A stretch of DNA of 62,576 bases, filler included, from Sphacelaria rigidula (taxonomy: Eukaryota): assembly GCA_964200075.2 (NCBI GenBank). It is 7 parts of 7 records of this genome, joined end to end, with 100 filler letters (N's around TTAATTAATTAA, not from the genome) between each part and the next. Parts side by side here need not be neighbours in the genome. Positions count along the whole stretch, not along the records: positions 1 to 8,855 come from CAXNAA020009930.1; positions 8,956 to 17,809 come from CAXNAA020009931.1; 5 more parts are not named here. One strand, given 5' to 3'. The position numbers were made by a program, and so were the translations under genes. The notes beneath the pieces were generated by a model. The model saw only the letters and a program-made list of their open reading frames with translations. It was not told the DNA's origin and did no database searches. Positions 1-10,771 of the stretch are shown here, piece by piece; the stretch's first letter is position 1; every line of letters starts with the position of its first letter.

Positions 1-72
1 GGGGAAAGCACTGTTTTAGGCTTGAGCCTCATCTCGAAGTTAAACCTCAATTCTCACAATTTGTTGTTAAAA

Positions 73-567
73 GCTGTTGAGAAATCGTCCTTAGCCCAAT
101 TGGCACATAAACTGGGGCGGCAAGAGGATGATTTTTTTCAACATTTTTTTCTGCGTCTCGGATCCCATACGCTGATAACGGTGCAGTATGCGGGATCTGC
201 ACAGCTGATGCTGTTCGCAATAAATCTCTTTTTGCCCAATTTCCGGATGAACTGGAGGGCAAAGTGAAGGTTTATATCGAGCTTCTTCTGCTGTTCAAAT
301 TCCAAATCTGCCGGTGTGCATGGGGTTTGTGCAACAGAAAAAGCTGTTCGAAATGAATCCTTTTTTCGCCCAATTTAAATGGGCGAGAAAAGGATCGTTT
401 TGAATAGGTTCTTCTGCTGTTCGAAAATATATCCTTTTTCTGCCCAAACATATTGGGCGAGGAAAGGATCTGTTTTGAATAGCTTCTCCTGCTGTTCGAG
501 ATAAATTCCTCTTCTTGCCCGATTCAAATCGGGCAAAAAAAGGAATTACCTCGGACAGCAGGAAAAG
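73..567. repeat. Tandem array of ~70-75 bp palindromic (stem-loop) units
   Basis: Units read GCTGTTCGA..ATCCTTTTT..GCCCAA-loop-TTGGGC..AAAAGGAT..TTTGAATAG and are joined by TTCT(T/C)CT. Clear units at ~343-408, 416-483 and 491-560; degenerate ones at ~73-142 and 209-282. Confidence 0.7.
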
Positions 568-860
568 CTATTCGAAAAAAATAAATTTACAAATTATGTA
601 TCAAAATAATTCGGAATGTTGAAAATTGGGAGGGCCTCTCCACAGGGTTGCTTGCAGGGTTTCGACAAAAACGCTGTGCAAAATGCTGGCAGAGGTACTA
701 GGGTTTGCAAATGCAATGCAGGCTTTCTAACAAAAGACTGCGAAGAACCCTGTGCAGCACGTCCTACAGGGTGCTATCTGTCCACGTGTGAGGCACGTCT
801 ATAAAATGAGGTTGTACGATGAAATGAGGTTCAAGCCCAAAACGATGGTTTCCCCACACT

Positions 861-1127
861 TTCAGCGACGGTGCCCGATGACCTTTTTGTCGGCCTAATG
901 CCCCTCGATCGCGTAGATGTTTCTTCAGCGTATTGTACCGACTCTTGAAGCTTACAGCGCTGAACGAAGCCGTCATTTTCCCTGATGTTTTTGGGGGTGG
1001 TATCAGAGGAAATGACAATTTCGTTCAGCGTTGTAAGCTCACAGAGTCGGTATAGTACGCTGAAGAAGTGTCTACGCGATCGAGGGACATTAGACCGACA
1101 AAAAAGTCATTGGGCACCATCGCTAAA
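861..1127. repeat. Long imperfect inverted repeat (126-bp arms, 15-bp loop)
   Basis: 861-986 is the ungapped reverse complement of 1002-1127, with about 19 mismatches that are almost all transitions. Confidence 0.9.
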
Positions 1128-2249
1128 TTATTATTTCCGCGCATTACTCCGATCTCTCGAACCCGTGGTCACAGACGTATGTCAAGTGATTGGGATTGTC
1201 ACCCTAGCTGCTTTGTGCTGGAAGGATGATTATAACCTAGGATCGCTCGATTTTTCTTGTAATGCTTACTACAGTTGGCTGTATGTTTAACTGGCGGGAG
1301 CTATGAAACAGACATGAACAAAGAGAAAAAAGCGGCACATGATAATATAGTACACTCAGGGGAGACTCACTTATAGTCTCCTTGATCCTGAGGCTCAGTC
1401 ACCGCAGAAGGGTGCAGTTGAAGTTTATCACACGCTGGGCGAAGTGTCGATTAGTTCTTTACTTTACTGCTGGAGCCTTGGGGTGATGAGAGAGTGGGAC
1501 GATGGACAATTTCCGTGCGGGGAACTCATCGTCCCCGATCCCGAAACATATCTTGCCTCAAGTCATAACTCAACCGCGATCCAACTTAAAACCAGCTTAC
1601 GTATATATCTACCCTTGATATATCTACCCTTGAACCCTGATAATTCCACGTCATCCGATACGATAGCGACCAACTACGCACGTATCAAGCTAACAGCTGG
1701 CTCGTGGTTAATCTAAAAGTCGCTGAAATTTTCGCCAAAGATATTCAATTCTAGTACCCGCCGGTCTGTATTCAGACATAGTGAATCCGTAACTGCAAAG
1801 TCCTTATCACATAACACGTAGGCTCGTCTTTCCAATACCGTCCCTGCTATTCCTCACAAGACATAGAGCCCTCCATCATTTTTTTGAGACTCCAGCCTTA
1901 TGACAACAACAACCGCAAGCCCCTAAATATTTCCAAAATAAAAATGAGAAGAGCGACGCCAAGAAAAACATGAGAAGTAGCTTCCCTGAGTTCAACGAGG
2001 TAAAAAACGAAACTTCAGATCTGCTGAGAAAAGCAACCGAAAGACGAGGGAAAGAAAAGAAAAGACAGATGACACAAAGGGATCGCAAGGTCACCGGGCG
2101 GGGGGCAATTGAAAAATAACCCCAGGCACCCTCGTAGACCACCACCACAGCTATTCGTAAAGACCGCAGATGTACTAGTGAGTGTATTACCCGATGGACT
2201 ACTGGTTACTTTTTGGAGACCCTCGGTAGGCCCTGGGGGAGCTCTAGTG

Positions 2250-2872
2250 GTAGCACAGCAACTTTCCTTAGCGTGCCGTGTTTTCGTCCAGGCTGCTATG
2301 TACATGTTAGCCCCCTCTTCTAGAACTCGGAACCATTCGGACACATCTTGGGCAACCTGCGTCCACGATGTCGCATTTGTTCCGGAGTACGAGCAGTACT
2401 CCGTGATACTCTTATTCAGGCGCCTTGCTGGTCAGCCTGCCCTCGTCTTCCCCCCAACCATGACTGCACGTATGGCGGTGTTGAGCAATGCTACGGTAGA
2501 GGTGCACTTTTTGCGCAGAATCTTGACTGGTTCAGGGGCTCCTAACGATTTTAGATGCACAAGAATATGAATCAGGGCATCCCCGTTTGCAAATTCATTC
2601 GGGATATCCTTAGCACATCAAAATAGTAATCCTGGTGTACTCTCACAAACTTCATAAGTCGTGTTTTGGATTAGATGAAGGACTCCTAACAACTCTAACC
2701 TCAAAAAATATTTGTGCACCCCTACCGTAGCATTGCTGTTCGAGAGGCGTTCATGGTGCATGCGCATAACGTGGCCGGCGTGTAGGAGGGTTCGCTTCAT
2801 CATTGTGGCCTCAATGCACTCGCAGCTAGTTCTGCCGAGGACCTCGTGGTATGGCAGCATGTGGTAGTCAGG
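2250..2872 (-). pseudogene. RTE-type non-LTR retrotransposon, ORF C-terminal remnant (interrupted by a MITE)
   Basis: Minus-strand translation DYHMLPYHEVLGRTSCECIEATMMKRTLLHAGHVMRMHHERLS, resuming after the MITE as ...SWTQVAQDVSEWFRVLEEG. Matches the RTE post-RT motifs R.L.WAGHV.RM and W...A.D...W. Confidence 0.7.
2486..2735. mobile_element. ~250-bp MITE with TIR CAATGCTACGGTAG(A/G)GGTGCAC (hAT-like termini)
   Basis: 22-bp TIRs with one mismatch; non-coding AT-rich core; inserted in LINE coding sequence. Partial copies at 26709-26763 and 35649-35717. Confidence 0.85.
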
Positions 2873-5179
2873 GGTGCTGCGATACTGCGGCCGGTTCTGG
2901 GTCCGGCTCAGGCGCAGGGGCTGCTGCTCCGCAACGGGCGGTGCAGGTGGTACCGACCACTCAAGTGTCGGGCTCGGTGCCGGCGCCGCCGGCAGCAGAG
3001 CAAGGCGAGATGCCTGCTGCTGAGCCGGCCGGATTTCAGCTGAAATTTGGATCCGCTGCTGCGTCGGTCGGAGTACGGCTGCAATTTGGTTCTGCGGGCG
3101 GGGCTTCGTACCCGCCGCCGGTGCCGGTTACCCCAGCGGAGACGTCTATGCCTGCGCCGTACGCGCAGCCGTGGCGCCAAGTGGGGATCACGACAAATCA
3201 GTCGGCGGAGCAGGGGACGGTCGAGTATCAAGAAAAATATATTCCTGCAGAGTTATATCTCCCAAATCAACGGGCGCGGGGAGCCATATCGGTCAACGCT
3301 GTGTTGGATTCCGGCGCCCATTTCACGAGCGTGTCGGTACTGATTGTGAAGATGCTGGAGCGTCTACTCCCTGGTGAGTGAATCCGCATTCCATTTTCCA
3401 TTGGGGCACGGCAGTCCATCACCGCATCGGGGCATCGTGTAAATGTCACGGGGCGTACGATTTCCCTACAGTTGGCGTTCAGAACGACCTGGGGGCCAGC
3501 GAAATTACCCCTGATATCGTATGCGATCATGCCGGGGACGGATGATGTCGTTCTGTTGGGCTTACCGACGCTTCGGGAACTCGAAATCGACCCGTATGAT
3601 CGGCTGTTTAAGTCTCTAAAAACGCAAATGCCGTCGCCCGGTTTGAGTGTCGAGATGCCTGCTTTTTTTACCAGTCGCAGAGTGAGCTTGTCGGTTGATG
3701 CTCTCCAGAAGGCGGGGGGGCAGGTGTCCGAGGAGCGTGATGAGGCGGTGGAACGCTTAGTGGAGCGTGGCCCCGATATGTTTATGGAGCCGGCAGAAGA
3801 GGAGTCCGCGCGAATGGCTGCGCTGGAGGAAAGCGTGACGGATGCTGTGGCAAATGGCCTCAACGTCTCAAAAGCGGAGCGCTTGCGTGGCATATTGTAT
3901 CGCCACGTTAACGCGTTTTGTCGTGCGCTGATGGGTGATCCCCCTGCGCGCGTGGAATCCATTAGGGTTACCATGAAGCCAGGGGCGGCCGCGGTGAAGG
4001 CAAAACCGAGGAGGTATGATCCGGTAAAGTCTAGTTGGTTAGCTTCTTGCATGGGAGCTCTTGTGGCGTTTGGGTTGGTGTTCAAGAATCTACAGGCGGG
4101 GTGGTCCAGTCCAGCGATGGCGGTGCGGAAGAAGGACTCTTTCCGCCTTGTCAGCGATGACAGAGCCGTCAATGATCAGGTGGAGAAGGTTTCTGGTGTC
4201 ACCCCCAATCAGGAATCCGACATGATAGACCTGATGAGCGCGCGATGCTTCGGTAAGTTGGACCTCCTACAGGGGTACTGCAGATGCCGTTGGCCGAAGA
4301 GGCGCAAGAGATATTCATCATCACGACTCCGTTTGGCACGTCTACCCCGCCACGAGTACCACAAGGCGTGCTGAATGCTACTTCTTATTTTTAAGGTGTC
4401 ATGGTAGACCTTTTAGATGGCTTGAAATGCAAGATCTGGATGGATGATGTCTTTTTCTTTGCGGGTACGGTTAAGACGAACTGTTGGATACGCTTGATGC
4501 AATCTTGGCTCGCTCAGAGAGTTTTGGTCCGTTTGCAGCTGCCCACAAAAGTACCTATTTTGCTAGTGAATTAGTGTGGTGTTGGAAGGTATATTCACAC
4601 GGCCGCGTCTCGCATGACCCGATCCGCTCGCAAGGTTTGTCTGACGTGCGGCGTCCAGTACCAGCAGCAGAAGTATTGCAATTCCTGCACGCAATGAACT
4701 GGTTGCGTACCTCGTTGCCACGTATGGCCAGAGTAGTGGCGCCCTTGCGCGTTTTCCTATAAGAAATCGTGGTGGGGGCTACAAGGCGCACGAAGCGGGT
4801 GGCCAAAAACCGCGTTATTCTGCCCGCATCGTGGACGGAGGGCAGGCTGCAGGCATGTGCGGAAGCGAAGGATCTGGTTACTCATGCCGTGACGCTGTTC
4901 CATCCCCGCCCCGGTTGCCAGGTGCTGATGTTCCCAGATGCATGCGAGTGTCATTGGGGTAGTTTTGTAACGCAGGTGCCTGATGCAGAAATGCAACAAC
5001 GGTTGCCGGTTGAAGACATGACGCATGAAGCGCTGGCTTTTCTAAGTGATAATTTCAAGGGTTCACAGATGCGTTGGGCAACCATTGACATTGAAGGTTT
5101 TGCTATCGTGAGCACTTTTCGTCGTCTCGAGCATCTATTGTAGAATGGCGTGCATATTTTCACGGATCACCGCAGTCTA

Positions 5180-5677
5180 GAGTCACCCTACGATAGGGGG
5201 GGGGGGGATATTTGGTTGCACGAAAAACGAGGCTCATAAGTGTGTTAGACATCCTTCCTGTAGACCTAGCCACCATTGTTACCTAAGGTCAGGGACTTTG
5301 TAGGTGGAGTTGCGGGTCTGATTGCCGGACTCTATGATGGTGACCTCCATGACGAGTTCAGCCGGTTTTGTTACTCTGGTGGAGAGAGGCTATATGGTCC
5401 TGTTCTCCTGTACTATGCTGAGGGTTAATACATAAACAACTAAAGCTGCTGAAGTCCATGTGTGCGTAGTGGGATGAGTCCACATGGCAATCTGATCTTG
5501 AGTGACAGAGGTCTATATTCCACACTTGCGTTGCGCTTGTATTTGGTTCCAAACGGTGTCAGGCAGTATGGGTGAGCGTTATTGATCNNNNNNNNNNCTT
5601 CTTTCAACGACGATCTGACTCGAAATTTCAAGCAACAATTGGCCCAAAATACCCCCCCCCCTATCGTAGGATGACTC
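5180..5677. mobile_element. Non-autonomous TIR DNA transposon (GAG..CTC termini, 4-bp TSD TCTA) inserted in gypsy RNase H
   Basis: TIRs GAGTCACCCTACGATAGGGGGG / CCCCCCTATCGTAGGATGACTC; TCTA at 5176-5179 and 5678-5681. Excision restores HIFTDHRSLAYIFNP. Contains a 10-N gap, so the true length is unknown. Confidence 0.85.
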
Positions 5678-6178
5678 TCTAGCGTACATTTTCAACCCGG
5701 AGGCATGCGTGAGGTCTGCGTCAAAGGCGTTGGCACAACATTGGAGGGGTGAAATCGTGCATTAGGCCACTATCGGTACACGATTTGTCATATTTCGGGT
5801 GAACGTAACGCGTGGGGTGACTTGCTGTCGCGCTGAGTCAATATTCCCACTATGCCCGCGCCAGTTGTGACTGTATCTGGTCCGTGTGAAGCGGATGATT
5901 CGATGCCGTCGAAATCTGTGGTCCGCAAAGCTCAACGGAAAGAACTTGGGGTCACTGATGCGGATGTGCAATCCTTCAAGTCGGATGTTGGTACTGCGAT
6001 TTTAGACAACGAAGGTTTGTTTCGTGTGCACGTACGTGGCCGAAACGTGTTGTGGATTCCCAGTTCCGACAAACAGTTGCACATACGTTTGATGAATTGT
6101 ACGCACATGCGCGATGTTGGGCATCGCGGTGTGGCTGCGACGCTCGTGCGCTTGCAAGAGTTGTGTGTTTGGTGAGGA

Positions 6179-7402
6179 ATGGAAACTCAGGTGCGCGAGT
6201 TTGTCCGACAATGTCTTCACTGTGCTGGTTCTAGGGCGGGGGATATTGTTCCCCGCCCGCTCGGTGAAAAGGTCCATGGGATCACGCCGAATGAAGTCGT
6301 TCATTTTGACTTCTTGTACGTGGGCGGGAGTGGCCCGCTAGCTTCCCAAGGTTTGTCGGAGGACGCTGGATTTCGATATGTTTTTGTAATCATGGATGAT
6401 TTGAGCAACTTTGTGGCTCTGGAACCAGTAGCAGTGTGTACTGCCGAATCGACCGCTGTATCTGTGCTGAACTGGTGCACAACTTTGGGGGTACCGCGTG
6501 TGTGGGTGAGTGATGCCGCGACGCATTTGAAGAACACGACCCTGACCTGCTTGCGAGAGGCATTACACGTTGATCACCGGTTTGTGGTGGCATATTCTCC
6601 GGGGTCTAACGGTACGTGCGAACGCATGGTCAAGGAAGTACTTCATGCTCTTCGATCTATTCTTCTCGAGCAGCGTCGAGAGGTGACCGAATGGGTGGAC
6701 GTGTTGCCCGCTGTGCAATGGGCACCAAATACAGCATATCACCGTCGGTACGATAGTACGCCGTTTCACGTGATGTTTGGTCGTGCACCTCGGACGTCTT
6801 TCTCGATGTTGGCGTCCTCATCGGCGGGGGAGTGGAACTGTGATGTCTTAGACGATGCGCAACTGAAGCGTGCGTTGCAAGGACTTTTGGGGTTGCAGGA
6901 AAGTTTCCACGTCCAAATGCAGGAACGTATTGTCACTGAACGTGCGCGTAGGCGTGAGGGGTCTTCGTCGGGGCTGGAATTGCCGAATTACGAGGTAGGC
7001 GATTATGTTTTGTATGCACGCGTGCGTCTTCCGGGAGTTACGCCTAAATTGATGACGACGTGGACTGATCCGTGGAGAGTGATTGGTGCTCATAACCCGC
7101 ATGTGTTTGAGATCCAAAACATTGTTTCGGGTCGTGTTCAGACCGCCCATACAGCTCGTCTGCGTTCTTATGCAGACTCACAGCTGAATTTAACGGCAGA
7201 CGTGAAGGATGTGTTTCAGCACGCTTTCAACAAGGGGCAATTTCAGATGGCTGGGATTGTTCGCATGGCAGACGCAGAGGATCGTTCGTTGATTGTGTTG
7301 GTCGACTGTGTTGGGTTTGAAGTCAAGGAGCGTACGTGGGAGCCTTTGGAAAATATTTTCGAGGCCGCTCCGAAATTTCTCAAAAAGGAGTTAGTTGCGT
7401 GA
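6179..7402 (+). CDS. Gypsy integrase core plus chromodomain (open fragment of a decayed pol)
   Basis: 407-aa ORF with C..C, the rve core, a W.DPWRV (GPY/F-like) module and chromodomain LIVLVDCVGFEVKERTWEPLENIFEAAP. Confidence 0.85.
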   Translation: METQVREFVRQCLHCAGSRAGDIVPRPLGEKVHGITPNEVVHFDFLYVGGSGPLASQGLSEDAGFRYVFVIMDDLSNFVALEPVAVCTAESTAVSVLNWCTTLGVPRVWVSDAATHLKNTTLTCLREALHVDHRFVVAYSPGSNGTCERMVKEVLHALRSILLEQRREVTEWVDVLPAVQWAPNTAYHRRYDSTPFHVMFGRAPRTSFSMLASSSAGEWNCDVLDDAQLKRALQGLLGLQESFHVQMQERIVTERARRREGSSSGLELPNYEVGDYVLYARVRLPGVTPKLMTTWTDPWRVIGAHNPHVFEIQNIVSGRVQTAHTARLRSYADSQLNLTADVKDVFQHAFNKGQFQMAGIVRMADAEDRSLIVLVDCVGFEVKERTWEPLENIFEAAPKFLKKELVA

Positions 7403-7491
7403 GGTACGAGTGACTCGTTCCATTGCTGTTCGCATTACGCGTGAGTTTGATATTCAGTTATGACTTGCTCAATCGTTTTGGCGTTATTTTT

Positions 7492-8771
7492 CTGAGTGTC
7501 TCGATCACTTCAGTGTTCAGGAGACGGACCTTGGTGGCCAGGTCAATGTACGGATTTTCGTATACCGCTTTGCTTTACTTGTAGAAGCACGTCCAGGCTT
7601 GGTCAATGTAGTTGTAGATCTCGGGAGTGACAACACCAATGCTGCTGATTTTGGTAGAGGAACTACTCAACTTGCTTGTATCGTCGGTCGGCTGCCTCCA
7701 CCTCGATCGTTTCCGTTCCCATGTTCGGGGAGCACATGTCATGGTGACCGTCTTCTTTTCCGCGACGACGAGACCGAATGCCGCACATACTTCGACGACG
7801 GCCGCCATCATCTTCGCCAGGCACACCCAGGACCGCGAAGCGATGCCAGCGTCGTCGGCGTATAGCATAGCCCAGAGCACGCTGCTGAGTTCGTTCCTGG
7901 TCTTCCCGCCCCTTTCAGCGATGCGGATGAAGTCTTGCACCACCACTTTATTGATCAAGAAGCGGCCGAACGTTATCGCCAGCGTCGCCGCGAAAAAGAT
8001 GTTGAACAGACCGGGGGAAAGCACACACCCTTGGCGGAGGCCCTGGTTAACGTTAAACCACTCAGATGTCTCGCCGCTGTCGAGGCGTACGTATACCCGC
8101 ACGCCGTCGTAGAATTGGCGAATGATGAAAATTACCTTGGCGAGGATACCATAGCATGCTAGAACTTTCCAGAGAAGAGGGCGATCCACTGAGTCGTATG
8201 CCTTTTGGAGGTCGATGAAACACACGTACAGAGAAAGATTCTTCTCTCTGGCCAGTTCTTGGAGTCTGCGCACAACGAATATCACGTCGACTGTGGACCG
8301 TCCAGGTCGGAAACCGCATTGTGCTTCTGGGAGGATTCCCTTCCACTCACAACAAGCGCTAAGGCGAGTCGCGACTATCTGGAGTACCACCTTGCCCGCG
8401 TGGGATCCGAGAGATATACCGTGGTCATTGCCGCATTCGTGCGGGTCCCGTTTCTCGAAAAGCACTTTGATAATGATGTGTTTCCACTCGTGCGGCACTT
8501 CTTTCTGACGCCACACCGTGAGCATGATGTTGTGGAGGCACTTCAGAATGATAAAGTCTTCGGTGCGGCCGAGCTTCAATAGTTCGCCACAGACGTTGTC
8601 GGTCCCAACGGCCTTGCCGTTCGCCTGCTTGTCCACCGCTTCTCTCACTTCTGCCATCGAGGGCTCCGCCGCGAGTGGTGCGTGCTCCGGCATCTGTTCG
8701 ATGAGATCGATGACAGAGTGATCGATCGTGGGCGAGGTTGCGTTCAGCAGTGTTTCGTACCATTCTGACAC
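7492..8771 (-). pseudogene. RTE-type LINE reverse transcriptase (decayed)
   Basis: GKAVGTD, GISL, LPEAQCGFRPGRST.D, FIDLQKAYDSV, GLRQGCVLSP.LFN and LYADD. After a frameshift and stop it continues KVRLLNTEVIETL to ~7492. Confidence 0.93.
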
Positions 8772-8794
8772 TTTCTACGATAGCCTTCCCCAAA

Positions 8795-8855
8795 AACGTG
8801 CATGGTTTTGGGAGCCAAAATCTCCACGTAAATCGAGATGGGAAAAGCCGAGCAC
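8795..8855 (+). repeat. Dispersed repeat family A, truncated at scaffold end
   Basis: TTTGGGAGCCAAAATCTCCACGT..GGGAAAAGCCGAGCAC is shared with ~10800 and ~16305. Confidence 0.65.
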
Positions 8856-8955
8856 NNNNNNNNNNNNNNNNNNNNNNNNNNNNNNNNNNNNNNNNNNNNT
8901 TAATTAATTAANNNNNNNNNNNNNNNNNNNNNNNNNNNNNNNNNNNNNNNNNNNN
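8856..8955. other. Artificial scaffold-joining linker
   Basis: N44-TTAATTAATTAA-N44; stop codons in all six frames. Confidence 0.97.
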
Positions 8956-9090
8956 CTTTGTAGGGATGCGATGTCAATGGTCTAATGACTATGGCATGCA
9001 TGATCATGAGTACACCCCCCCCTCCGTCAATGGTCTGGTGACTATGGCAGGCATGATCATGAGTACACCCCCTCCCTCCCTCCCCGCCCT
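8956..9090 (+). repeat. Dispersed short repeat family B (tandem partial copies)
   Basis: GTCAATGGTCT..TGACTATGGCA.GCATGATCATGAGTACACCCCC occurs twice; related copies at ~9300, 37590, 54170 and 55885. Confidence 0.75.
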
Positions 9091-9299
9091 CCGGTGAGAC
9101 GCCCATGAGGCAGTGTATAAGCCGTGGCTGTCTCTGGGAGTGGCGACACCAGATAATAAAGCAACTCATTGTTGGATGTCATCCGAATGCAAGATAATCA
9201 GCACGATTCGGGTCGAATGATATCAGCAGGATTCAGCTCATCCTTCATGCGACTCGCCGAACATACCACGGCGCTTCGCACTTGGTTGAGTGCGAGCCT

Positions 9300-9410
9300 G
9301 GTTCGGCGAAAACCCGGCGTGCTCCGTCCCGGCTATGTCAAGATGCGAGGCAAATGGTCTTATGACTATAGCATGCATGATCATGAGTACATCCCCTCCC
9401 CCCCCCTGTC
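9300..9410 (+). repeat. Dispersed short repeat family B
   Basis: CGGCGAAAACCCGGCGTGCTCCGTCCCGG..GATGCGAGG..CATGATCATGAGTAC followed by a C-tract. Confidence 0.75.
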
Positions 9411-10771
9411 ACTTAATCCGTATAATCCGCACCCTGGTGCCTCCCTGCCTTGAGCGATAGGGTGGTGGGCGGGAAAAATCCATCAAGTGCTAGGGACTGC
9501 TGTACTACTGAGACTACTGGCGCGTCGCTGCCTGGTCGACTGGTCTGGAGTGATACTGTCTGCCTCTTCGGTGCTCCTGCACCAGACCAGTCTCGCTCGC
9601 TTGAACAACACTCTGCGACAGCCGTACCTTGGCTACACGAACCCTTAAATTTTATTTCAAGTTCGGCATACGCCAGAGTACATCTCTTGTCATTCGTCAT
9701 CCGCCAACACAACACCTCATATTCTTGCAGAATACACACAATTTTACAACTTGGGGATGGATTTTCAATTCAGGATGAGAACTCGAAGAAATAAAATATT
9801 CTTATCTACACCAAATCTTCCAAGTGCAGTTCCACTCTTTCACCTACTGGTAGCTATTGGTAACTACTACACGGCATGCAAATTTGGATCCTGATGACCG
9901 ACATGTTGGGGTCCTTGGTGAGGAACGGAACCATATTTCGAAGATTTGGTGTGGATAGGAATATTTTAACCATCCGGGTCCCTCATTCTCAATAAAGAAA
10001 TACATCGCCAATTTGTAAAATCCCGTGTTGTGTGGCCTGCCGGGACGGCAACACCGGCTCCTCGTCGAGCTACATCACCCCGACAAGGGAGCAGAAGTGC
10101 GTGGGCGGCAGACGGTGGAGACTCGCCTTGGCGAGCGCCTGCACGAGGCGGTCGAATGGGCGTTGGGTTGGCGCCGTTGGATGGCGGTGAAGATTCATTC
10201 GGGCCAGGGCTGGCGAGACGCGACCGAGGTGTGATTGGGCACGCGCCGGCGATAATTAGCAACGACTTGTTCGGTCGAGCGTCGGCGAGGGGCTACCGTG
10301 CGCCGGCAGGAGCCGGCCGACGTTGGTTTGGGCGGGCGCTGTTGGCACGTGAGAGACTCGTTCGGCCGAGCGCCGGTGGTAGGTGGCCGAGAAGGAAGTG
10401 GGCGGGCGCCGCTTGCAGGTGGCGGAGATTTATTTGGACGAGCGCCGACGGGAGGTCGTCGAGCGATTGGTGCGCGGTGCATCCCAGGTAGGGGTGGTCT
10501 CCGCAGGCGCAGCGAAGCAGCAGCCTCAAATATGTTTTGCTCTAAATACCACCGCGAGGACACCCCCGAGGTATTCGTGACGGAAACGCGGAGGAAAAAA
10601 TATTTTGGCCTATTCATTGTCCATACCAAATTCCAATGTCCAACTCTAAAATTTGAGCTATGGATGGGTCGTTTGAAAAGCGGGCCGGTCGAAATTCGGA
10701 CCAATATGTGGCGGGCCACTTACCGACCCAGGTTTGGTACTTGTGTGTTGGAATTTTGCGTGGGACCTCGC

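Larger units (their letters stand above)
2873..7490 (+). mobile_element. Decayed Ty3/gypsy LTR retrotransposon internal region (PR-RT-RH-IN-chromodomain); no LTRs visible
   Basis: Protease VLDSGA (~3301); RT WSSPAMAVRKK..FRLV.D.RAVN, RVPQG and WMDD (~4100-4450); RNase H MFPDA..HWG and FTDHRSL; integrase H..GH..C..C zinc finger and core HFDF..IMDD..VSD..NGTCER; C-terminal TWEPLENI. Domain order is gypsy type. Many stops and frameshifts. Confidence 0.92.

Noticed and set aside
3267..4172. 301-aa antisense ORF, and similar antisense ORFs such as 16820-17599
   Set aside because: These are shadow frames opposite retroelement coding sequence.
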